Origin: an uncultured archaeon
GTDB lineage: Archaea; Micrarchaeota; Micrarchaeia; Micrarchaeales; CABMGC01
Length of the DNA stretch: 32,000 bases
Assembly: GCA_963704435.1 (NCBI GenBank)
Contig: OY969902.1
Location: 820,978-852,977, forward strand
Reading direction: 5' to 3'
Positions 1 through 7,526 of this stretch are shown piece by piece. The position numbers and the translations under genes are program-made. The first letter of the stretch is position 1, and each line of letters opens with the position of its first letter. The notes under the pieces were generated by a model that did not search any database, was not told the origin of the DNA, and worked only from the letters and a program-made list of their open reading frames with translations.

Positions 1-3000
1 ATCGCGTAGTTGTCGACGTAGTAATCCATCTGCTCCGTCGCGTTCATCACCACCTGCGTGTTGGACGCGCAGTTCAGCCCGCTCCCGGGCGCAGGCAGGC
101 ACATCGTGTCGTTAACGTGGATATCGCCCACGAGCCTGTTGTTCTCTATGCTGTACAGCAGCTGCGGCGGGATTATCGCTCCGGCGTCCGACAGGTTGGG
201 CACGTACAGCGAGCTGGTCGCCAGGTTCTGGAGGTAGGTTGCCCCTCCCTCGACCAGGGCACTCAGCGAGTCGGAGTTCGCGTCGACTATGGCGTAGCTG
301 TATACGGTGTTAGTGGCGGTGACGGTGCCGCTGGGCACCGCCTGGTTCGGGGCGTAGCACTCCGCCGAGCCCAGAGTCGTCTGAGGCAGAGGGCAGGTGC
401 ATGGCCCCGATCCCGAGCAGCAGCACGATGGGGTGTATACGGTGGACTCCTTCGAAGTGTCCTCCTGCGCGTTCTGCCAGCTCTCGGTCATGGTGTACTG
501 GTACTCGTAGGGCACTATGACGTAGCCGCTCATCGTGCTCGTAAGCGTCTCGGGCGTGATGACTGTTTTCGGTGCCGGAGGCTCGTTCTCGCTCACGACG
601 ACCAGGCTCTGGCTCGACTGAGTGTTATGGGAGGTGTCGACCGCGACGACGTTGTATGCGCCCGGGCTCAGTATGTTGCACAGGCCGCCGCTGGTGGGTA
701 TCGTATAGGTCGCGGACCCCGTCCCCGGAGACGATGCGATCTCCAGGTTGTTCTCCTGCAGGTTATAGATAGAGAGGGTGACGCCATCCGTGCTGGAGGG
801 CGCGTTGGCGGTCAGCACGTCCTGGGGAGTGCATCCCGCTGTCTGGCTGTAGTCTATCTCCGTGCTGGTCATCGTGATCACAGGGGTCGCCTCGACCTTC
901 AGCGTTGCCAGTGTCGTGGACATTGTGTTCGTGTCCGTCGCCGTAACCGCGTAGCTTCCCGGGGCCAGGCAGTCTGCCGGCACATCGCATATCACGTACG
1001 ACACGGTGCCGGTGCCGCTGGCGACGGGATTGCCTCCATTTATGTACAGGTTCACGTTGTCGGTGCCGGTCGCAGCCGTGGACGATATCTGGTCTATCTG
1101 GCCCCAGTCTACCGGAGCCTGCTGTATCGTGAGGGACGGCTGTCCCGCGTCGTTTATCCCCTGGCTGCTGCCTGTGCTGCTCTGCGGCAGGGACGAGTAG
1201 ACTTGCCCCTCGAACTTCAGGATGCTCGCCGTGGATCCGAAGCTCTCGATATAGGTCATCGGGTTCGTGAGCGTGTACGTCGGCCCCTGCATGTTGGACA
1301 CCTGCGCGAGCTGGCTGCAGCTCCCTCCCTGCTGCGTGCTGGTGTAGCACGTGTAAGGCACGCCCCCGCCGAACAGCTTGGTGTAGTTCTCCACGTCAAG
1401 CTGCGCGCTGAGCAGCTCCGGGAATTGGTAGCTGGTCCCGCTGAGGAGCAGGGTCACCGTGTGGTTGAAGTTTACCGAGAAGCCCACGTTTGGGTAGCTG
1501 TAGCTTTGCGGGAGCATCGGGCCCGCGGCAGGATAGTCCGCGGAATAAGCGGACGGCATGCTGCCCGGATGGTAGGTGCAGCTTGCCGAAGAGCAGAACG
1601 TGATCGGAGCGCCTCCTGTCACCTGCACGCTTGCGGACAGAATCCACCCGTACGGCGGGTACGTCGCGCTTGAAGTGTAGGACCCTGTAGTCAGGCTGTA
1701 GTAGTTCGCGGATTTGGTCGCCGTGCCCTCGCACGAGAAGGCGTAGTTCTTTGTCAGCCCCTGCGTCCATATATTGCACCCGAGCAGGCCGCTGGTGTCC
1801 ACCCATTGGCATACGCCTTGAGGCCCGCAGTCTCCGGCCGGCGGCGCCACGTCAGATGTTTGGCAGTTCAGGTCCGAGGGGTTGCTCACCCCGCACGGCT
1901 GCTGCCACATGTCGTTGACGAGCGTCGGGTTTATCGGGAGGTTGGCGCCCGTTGAGTTCAGCATCCTTATCGAGAGCAGGTTGAGGTTCGTGGCCCTCGA
2001 CCCCCCGAGGCACCAAAACAGGAACTGAGTGCACCCTCCCACCATGCCGAGGCCGGCGTTCCAGTCGTCAAGAACGTACAGGTAGCCGTTGACGTCCTGC
2101 AGGCCGAGCGGGTGATGGTAGCTGTCGATATCGTAGTCGTACGCGGCGTCAGAGTAGGAGACTCCCCCACTGCCCAGCACGTTCGACGGATCGCTTCCGA
2201 CCCCGTCGAATTTCAGCCCGAACAGTCCGCCCTTGTAGAGGTAGTCGGAGATGTTCAGCTCCCCTCCACCTCCCGTATACGCAAGGTCCACCGGGCCTTC
2301 ATAGGTCAGGCTTGGGCCGAAGGAGTATATGACCCCGTCAGACGGGCTGGCCGTGAAGACGAGTCCTCCTGTGGGACTGGCCGCAATCTCTTGAGTGGCG
2401 GGCAGGTTGTTAGCGTCGTCGATGTCGGACGTGACGATGTTCATGTCTCCCGTGCCGAGCGTGTTGGTGACCTCGATGACTACTGTGTATTTGCTCAGCA
2501 GCCCGGCCCCCGAGGGAGCGGTAAAATAGTTCTGCGCCACGATGAACACGTCGCCGTTGGCGTCCGTGCTGATGTTGAACGGAGTGAAGCCGAGACTGGC
2601 TAGCTTCGGGTCATCTTCAGTGACGAGCGCGTTTAAGTCGATGGAGTTCAACAGGTACATATTCTGGTCCTGCACCGTGATTACGTTGCCCCAGAACGCG
2701 CTCCAGCCGTTCGCGAATTCCGCCGGATTCGACGTGTCAGGGACGTCGGGCTGCAGGTTCGCGCCGTTGTAGTAGCCCTTCGGTATGGGCTGCAGTATGT
2801 TGAGGCAGTAGTCCCCCCCGGCCTCGCTTATCACCCCGCTCTCTGTGCCGCACAGACCGGTAGACTGGTTCAGGACGAAGACGTAGCCTGTGGCTGTGCC
2901 GGTCACGGATATGGGATTCGATATGGTGGGGTTTAACAGGCCGCTTGTCGGCGCCTCCGGGATGCCTAGCAGGAGCTCCAAAGCGTTCTCGATCGGGCTC

Positions 3001-4625
3001 GCTGCCGATGTTATCTCTGCGCCCAGCTTCGTAAGCGATGTGTACCAGTTGTCGACGACTGCGCTCTCGGCGTCCAATCCGCTTCCCAGCAGGACGCTGC
3101 TGCTTAGCGAATTCACGGGCTGCGAAAGCAGGAAGCCCTTGTAGTTGACGAAGAACGCGTCCGAGGTGTTTACAGGATACATCTCTATGCTGTTCCCAGG
3201 CGTATAGTAGTTGAACGGGCTGAATACGTCGTAGGACCTCGACATCGTCTGGCTGTAAGGGGCGGGCATGGTGAACCCAAGCGAAAAGCGAGGCACGATT
3301 TTCGATGTGAACGACCCTGTCGTCGGAGGCGATGCGGAGGGGTTTGTCACCTCGGTGAAAGGTATCGCGACGTTGTGAATAGAGTCGAGCGTCGTCGTGA
3401 CCGCGAGCGTATATTTCACCGCGCACGACCAGTCCCATACCGCAGGGGAGCAGTCGCTGTTTCCGCAGCTCGGCGGCGCGAACATCAGGTTGTTCCAGTC
3501 GTAGGTGGTCTCGAGGTTCTGCAGGTCGAACACCTGGCTGTCTATCTGCGCGTTGTCGTCGAAATCTGCGAACTCCGCCGACCACGTCCATATCAGGTGC
3601 TGCGCAGACAGCGGGATCTGCTTGAAGATATATGTATTGGTCGAGAAGCCGCTGGATATCACGCCCTGTGAGCCCCCTGACGACAGCATGGGCGAATATG
3701 CGAACAGGCTGAAACTGGCGCTGGCGGGCGTGCTGACGCTCAGCTTGTTGTCCACTACGGCGTTAGCGACGGAGTCTCCGAGAATGACGTCGTAGCAGTC
3801 TGGGAGCCCGCCGCCGCAGTCGTCGCAGATGTTCTGGGAGTCGATGGTGTAGCCGATGCTTCCGATGTCCGTCTTGAGCGTGACCTTGGTGTTCAGGGTC
3901 GCAGGCCCCGTATTGTAGCACGCGTCGCCGGCAAGGTTCGCGACCGCGCCCGTGTAGAAGTAGCTGTTGTCCGTAGGGTTCGCGGCCGGCTTTGATACGG
4001 GGCACGTGAGCAGGCCGCCGGTATTCCCCACATTGTAGTTATTCACGTCGCTCGCGGGCGAGCTCAGCGTAGGCCCGGCCGTTGTTGGCGACGGCGGCTG
4101 CGCCCCGGATTTGCTGAAACTGGTTTCGATTGTCTCGGTGATGTAGCACGGCGACGGCGCTCCTCCAGACGAGTCGATATCCAAGGTCGAGCCGCTGCAC
4201 GAGTTGCTCTGCGGCCCAGAGCTGCAGAAGTTGAGACACCCTTCCGCGGTGCCGGTGCTCTCTGCGGGTATCGTCGAGGTTGTGGTCGTGCCGGTGCTGG
4301 TCGTGGTGGTGCCCGTGGACGTTGTGCTGCTGGCCGTCGACGTAGTGGTGGTGGCAGTTGTCGTCGTGGAGATCTCGCAATCAGTCGGAGTTCGAGGGCA
4401 AGAGCACGGTCCATTGTTTCCGTTGACGCACGTGCCGGACCCTGTGTAGTAGCATCCCAGGCAGCACGGCGAGCAGCTGCCTCCCACGCAGTAGGGCATG
4501 CCTGAACTGCATAGGCAGTCCGCGTCGGTGCTGCACGCTCTAGCCATGCCGCTGAGCGCGATCAGGATCAGAAACAGAGCGGAACCGAATAAAACAAGCC
4601 CAGCCCGTTCGTTTCGCTTTCGCAT
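1..4625 (-). CDS. Partial giant secreted/surface protein (at least 1541 codons, 3' end beyond the left edge): signal peptide, Cys-rich module, Thr-rich linker, large extracellular region with Ig-like-looking segments
   Basis: Reverse-complement reading from ATG at 4625 stays open to base 1. N-terminus is MRKRNERAGLVLFGSALFLILIALSGMARACSTDADCLCSSGMPYCVGGSCSPCC. A strong TATA box sits about 30 nt upstream. The supplied ORF track omits it, probably because it has no stop inside the window. Confidence 0.88.
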   Translation of the reverse strand, partial: MRKRNERAGLVLFGSALFLILIALSGMARACSTDADCLCSSGMPYCVGGSCSPCCLGCYYTGSGTCVNGNNGPCSCPRTPTDCEISTTTTATTTTSTASSTTSTGTTTTSTGTTTTSTIPAESTGTAEGCLNFCSSGPQSNSCSGSTLDIDSSGGAPSPCYITETIETSFSKSGAQPPSPTTAGPTLSSPASDVNNYNVGNTGGLLTCPVSKPAANPTDNSYFYTGAVANLAGDACYNTGPATLNTKVTLKTDIGSIGYTIDSQNICDDCGGGLPDCYDVILGDSVANAVVDNKLSVSTPASASFSLFAYSPMLSSGGSQGVISSGFSTNTYIFKQIPLSAQHLIWTWSAEFADFDDNAQIDSQVFDLQNLETTYDWNNLMFAPPSCGNSDCSPAVWDWSCAVKYTLAVTTTLDSIHNVAIPFTEVTNPSASPPTTGSFTSKIVPRFSLGFTMPAPYSQTMSRSYDVFSPFNYYTPGNSIEMYPVNTSDAFFVNYKGFLLSQPVNSLSSSVLLGSGLDAESAVVDNWYTSLTKLGAEITSAASPIENALELLLGIPEAPTSGLLNPTISNPISVTGTATGYVFVLNQSTGLCGTESGVISEAGGDYCLNILQPIPKGYYNGANLQPDVPDTSNPAEFANGWSAFWGNVITVQDQNMYLLNSIDLNALVTEDDPKLASLGFTPFNISTDANGDVFIVAQNYFTAPSGAGLLSKYTVVIEVTNTLGTGDMNIVTSDIDDANNLPATQEIAASPTGGLVFTASPSDGVIYSFGPSLTYEGPVDLAYTGGGGELNISDYLYKGGLFGLKFDGVGSDPSNVLGSGGVSYSDAAYDYDIDSYHHPLGLQDVNGYLYVLDDWNAGLGMVGGCTQFLFWCLGGSRATNLNLLSIRMLNSTGANLPINPTLVNDMWQQPCGVSNPSDLNCQTSDVAPPAGDCGPQGVCQWVDTSGLLGCNIWTQGLTKNYAFSCEGTATKSANYYSLTTGSYTSSATYPPYGWILSASVQVTGGAPITFCSSASCTYHPGSMPSAYSADYPAAGPMLPQSYSYPNVGFSVNFNHTVTLLLSGTSYQFPELLSAQLDVENYTKLFGGGVPYTCYTSTQQGGSCSQLAQVSNMQGPTYTLTNPMTYIESFGSTASILKFEGQVYSSLPQSSTGSSQGINDAGQPSLTIQQAPVDWGQIDQISSTAATGTDNVNLYINGGNPVASGTGTVSYVICDVPADCLAPGSYAVTATDTNTMSTTLATLKVEATPVITMTSTEIDYSQTAGCTPQDVLTANAPSSTDGVTLSIYNLQENNLEIASSPGTGSATYTIPTSGGLCNILSPGAYNVVAVDTSHNTQSSQSLVVVSENEPPAPKTVITPETLTSTMSGYVIVPYEYQYTMTESWQNAQEDTSKESTVYTPSCCCSGSGPCTCPLPQTTLGSAECYAPNQAVPSGTVTATNTVYSYAIVDANSDSLSALVEGGATYLQNLATSSLYVPNLSDAGAIIPPQLLYSIENNRLVGDIHVNDTMCLPAPGSGLNCASNTQVVMNATEQMDYYVDNYA

Positions 4626-4647
4626 GCAAACGGTAACTCATCGAAGG

Positions 4648-4661
4648 CTATATATATAAAG
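4648..4661 (-). promoter_or_regulatory. TATA box for the giant secreted protein gene
   Basis: Reverse complement CTTTATATATATAG, centred about 30 nt upstream of the ATG at 4625, consistent with a leaderless archaeal transcript. Confidence 0.75.
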
Positions 4662-4674
4662 TTTCAAACGCGGC

Positions 4675-5817
4675 TCAGGGACGCCCGTTCAGCCTTCGCA
4701 TTATGCCGGAGTAGACCTTTCCCGCGCGGTCCCCAGAGAACTCCTCGAGGACCTCCCTGCTTACGTCCTCGTTCTTCTTCTCGTCAACCCCGTACCTGCT
4801 TGAGATGGCGTTCAGCGCCCTGCCCAGCCTGCCTTCCTTCACCTCTATGCAGTACTTGCGCACCTCCCTCGGGATGGAGCTCGTGTCCATCACGACGACC
4901 GGCGTGCCCAGCGCGAGCGCCTCGAGCGCGACCAGCGACAGGCCCTCCCTCTCGCTCGGCATGACCAGCGCCTTGGATTCGCATATCTCCCTGTAGAGCC
5001 TCCGGGTGCTCAGCCCGTGCACGAAAGTGACCTTGCCCCGCGCCTTCTCGCGGGCAAGCCTCTCCAGCTTCTCAAGCTCCGGGCCCGTCCCCACCACGGT
5101 CAGCTTGGCGTCGGTCTCGGCTATCGCCTCTATGGCGAGCCCGACCCGCTTGTGCCCGACGAGCCTGTTTATCACTATGAACTTGTTCTTCCTGCGCGGC
5201 CTGTTGGCGGCCCTGAACCGGGATATCTCCGCGGCGTCGACAGCCGCAGGGAACACCACGACCCTTTCAGGGTCAACGCCGAACTCGCGCTCGAGCAGGC
5301 GCTTAGTCGTGCTTGCGTTCGCTATGCCCATGTCCGACGCGCGTGCGCACACCCTCTCGATGACGTAGCCTATGCTGCCTATGGTCCGCGAGTAGCCGGT
5401 CCAGAAGCTCTTGCTCCAGACCTCGTGCCACGTGACCACCAGCTTGGTGCGCCTCAGCCGGGTATAGAAGTATAGCGGCAGTATGTGCAGGAACGGGAAG
5501 GAGTCGGCGTCGACCATCTCGAACCTGTACGGCAGTATCTTGAAGAATACCTCGAATGCGAATGAGAGGGGCATGCGGGCGCTGCGCCTCTTGCCGGTGC
5601 TCGTATACATGCCCTGCCAGCCCACTGCCTCCCCGACGCAGTGGTATTTTATCCCCTTGAATGAGAATTCACGGCCGGCCATCCCGTCCCTGAACATGGT
5701 GAAGCAGTGGACATCGTCGCCCTGCTTGGCGAGCCTGTGCATTATTATGAACCGCCTGCGCTCTATGCCCCCGTTGAACCACGGATACGCGTTGTCTGAC
5801 ACGAATGCGATTCGCAC
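4675..5817 (-). CDS. GT4-family glycosyltransferase
   Basis: 380 aa ORF. MRIAFVSDNAYPWFNGGIERRRFIIMHRLAKQGDDVHCF N-terminus and KALVMPSEREGLSLVALEALALGTPVVV C-terminal nucleotide-sugar binding motif. Confidence 0.88.
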   Translation of the reverse strand: MRIAFVSDNAYPWFNGGIERRRFIIMHRLAKQGDDVHCFTMFRDGMAGREFSFKGIKYHCVGEAVGWQGMYTSTGKRRSARMPLSFAFEVFFKILPYRFEMVDADSFPFLHILPLYFYTRLRRTKLVVTWHEVWSKSFWTGYSRTIGSIGYVIERVCARASDMGIANASTTKRLLEREFGVDPERVVVFPAAVDAAEISRFRAANRPRRKNKFIVINRLVGHKRVGLAIEAIAETDAKLTVVGTGPELEKLERLAREKARGKVTFVHGLSTRRLYREICESKALVMPSEREGLSLVALEALALGTPVVVMDTSSIPREVRKYCIEVKEGRLGRALNAISSRYGVDEKKNEDVSREVLEEFSGDRAGKVYSGIMRRLNGRP

Positions 5818-5969
5818 GATATCGACCAGTGGCGTCTATAGCACGTTCAACTTTAAATTAGTTGCTTAATCCGCTGCAAATGGACCTGATCCGGAATGCG
5901 GCGGACAAATGAACAGGCTACGCGTTTCGATACGGTTTTATCCTTTCCTTCAGATAGTCCTATGAGCCC

Positions 5970-6827
5970 ATGCAGGATTCGAAACTCCATAAGAGCATCA
6001 GGTCGCAGTCCGCGATGGAGTACCTGATGACCTACGGATGGTCGATCCTCATAATCACGGTGATCCTGGGCGCGCTCTACAGCGTCGGCGCGTTCGGATC
6101 ATCGAACCTCGGACCGCGCGCACCTCCTGGAAACTGCAAGGTATTCCGGTCATCGGGAGAGGCCAACCTCGAGGGCACATGCGGCGGGGTCCTGCCCGAG
6201 TCAGTCGCGCAGTTCAACGGGCAGAGCAGCTACGTCAACATAGCTAACAACCCTTACATTCAACTAAACGGAGCATTTACCCTTTCATTCTGGTTGCGCG
6301 TAAATTCGGTTTCGGGAACAGGCTATGATGGTTCATTCAGCCAAGGCAATGGCTGGATTGTTTACTATGCCTGCGTAGGTGTGCTCTGTGGACCGAGTTA
6401 CAAACGAGCGGACACCACGGAACATTCCTGGGCGAGTCCCCCCGTTCTCAATCAGTGGAAATATTATGCAGTCACTTATGACGGAAGTGGAAAATTATAT
6501 TTATACGCCAATGGGAAACAGACTAATTATTTTCCAGGAGCACTCCCGACAGATTCCGATATGTCTCCGCTACTATTCGGGCGTGGGGACGATTATGGCA
6601 ATCAATTTCTTTCAAATGTCCAAATCTACAACACCTCCCTCGACGCCAATCAGATACAGACGCTCTACATCAAGGGCATAGGCGCCGCTCCGGTGGATCC
6701 ATACCACATCGTGGGCTGGTGGCCGCTCAACGCCAACGCGACCGACTACAGCGGCAACAACAACGCAGGGGTCGCGACGAACGTCATCTACACTGGCTCG
6801 TGGCTTTCGGGGTATACCCCTCCTTGA
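5970..6827 (+). CDS. Class III (pilin-type) signal peptide protein with LamG/concanavalin-like domain
   Basis: 285 aa ORF. SQSAMEYLMTYGWSILIITVILGALYSVGAF is an archaeal class III signal and hydrophobic helix. VAQFNGQSSYVNIANNPYIQLNGAFTLSFWLRV...WKYYAVTYDGSGKLYLYANGK is LamG-like. Confidence 0.82.
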   Translation: MQDSKLHKSIRSQSAMEYLMTYGWSILIITVILGALYSVGAFGSSNLGPRAPPGNCKVFRSSGEANLEGTCGGVLPESVAQFNGQSSYVNIANNPYIQLNGAFTLSFWLRVNSVSGTGYDGSFSQGNGWIVYYACVGVLCGPSYKRADTTEHSWASPPVLNQWKYYAVTYDGSGKLYLYANGKQTNYFPGALPTDSDMSPLLFGRGDDYGNQFLSNVQIYNTSLDANQIQTLYIKGIGAAPVDPYHIVGWWPLNANATDYSGNNNAGVATNVIYTGSWLSGYTPP

Positions 6828-6897
6828 GCGGACCTCTGGCTTCCGCGGCGCCAGCCAATTCCGTCCTTTGCCGGATGCGTGTCGTTCGCCATGCATA

Positions 6898-6908
6898 AAT
6901 TTAAAAAA
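6898..6908 (+). promoter_or_regulatory. Probable TATA element for the 6938 gene
   Basis: AT-rich ATAAATTTAAAAAAC stretch ending about 30 nt before the ATG at 6938. Confidence 0.45.
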
Positions 6909-6937
6909 CTTCACATCCAGTCTTATGCAGTGGTTGG

Positions 6938-7384
6938 ATGAAATCGGAACAAAACTGGATAGCCTTCATCCTGGAGCTGGTAGGCAGTCTTGTCCTTCTC
7001 TGGACCGTGTTCGGGGGAGTCACTATGCTGCTGCCATCGATGGCTCCTGTATGGAGTACGGCAAACGGAGGGATATGGCTTCCTTTCTTCGTGGGAATTG
7101 CGACGATAGCGTCAGTGGCGCTGTTCTTCCTGAGCTTCGCTAACCTGGCCCCAATGTGCGGATGCGGTTGCGGATGCGGCTGTGGTTGTGGACACGGGCA
7201 CGGAGCAAAGAAGGCTGCGCTTGTCGCGGGAGTGACCCTTGTGGCCCTGACATGGGGCAACATGATGTGGATGGCTGGAGCGCTGATAGGCTTTGCCCTG
7301 GTCTACATCGGCATCATGTCGGCTGCGATGTCCTGCACCTGCGATGCGAGCATGCCGCAGAAGGCGCCCCCTAGGAAGAGGTAG
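6938..7384 (+). CDS. Small multispanning membrane protein with a (Cys-Gly)6-(His-Gly)2 loop
   Basis: 148 aa ORF with three or four hydrophobic segments, ANLAPMCGCGCGCGCGCGHGHGAKK between them, and a C-terminal CTCDASM. Confidence 0.75.
   Translation: MKSEQNWIAFILELVGSLVLLWTVFGGVTMLLPSMAPVWSTANGGIWLPFFVGIATIASVALFFLSFANLAPMCGCGCGCGCGCGHGHGAKKAALVAGVTLVALTWGNMMWMAGALIGFALVYIGIMSAAMSCTCDASMPQKAPPRKR
7157..7204 (+). repeat. In-frame hexanucleotide repeat encoding CGCGCGCGCGCGHGHG
   Basis: Eight consecutive 6-nt units: TGC/TGT-GGN six times, then CAC-GGN twice, in frame with the 6938 ORF. Confidence 0.85.
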
Positions 7385-7389
7385 GAGCT

Positions 7390-7423
7390 GTTTTTTCTTT
7401 TTCTTTTCTTTTTTTATTTTTTC
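7390..7423 (+). terminator. Poly-T terminator-like tract
   Basis: Nearly uninterrupted T run (ttttttctttttcttttctttttttattttttcc) a few bases after the stop of the 6938 gene. This matches archaeal poly-U termination. Confidence 0.65.
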
Positions 7424-7526
7424 CTTGCTGTCAGCTTCCGCGCCGCTTTACTGCTGTAATCCCAAATAAGGAAAGGTATTTTAGCGCAGACGGACCATTG
7501 TCTGATACAATTGAATAGCGAAGAGC

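Noticed and set aside
117-1673. 518 aa plus-strand ORF in the track
   Set aside because: Antisense to the well-supported giant secreted protein. Its composition (Arg/Val/Gly/His-rich, no motifs) is typical of mirror translation of a GC-biased gene.
4039-4380. His/Asp-rich minus-strand ORF (MRDLHDDNCHHHYVDGQQHN...), resembling a metal-binding protein
   Set aside because: It is a shifted-frame reading of the ACN-rich Thr linker of the giant protein.
7156-7374. Met/Arg repeat ORF (MRMRLRMRLWLW...)
   Set aside because: Off-frame translation of the Cys-Gly repeat inside the 6938-7384 gene.
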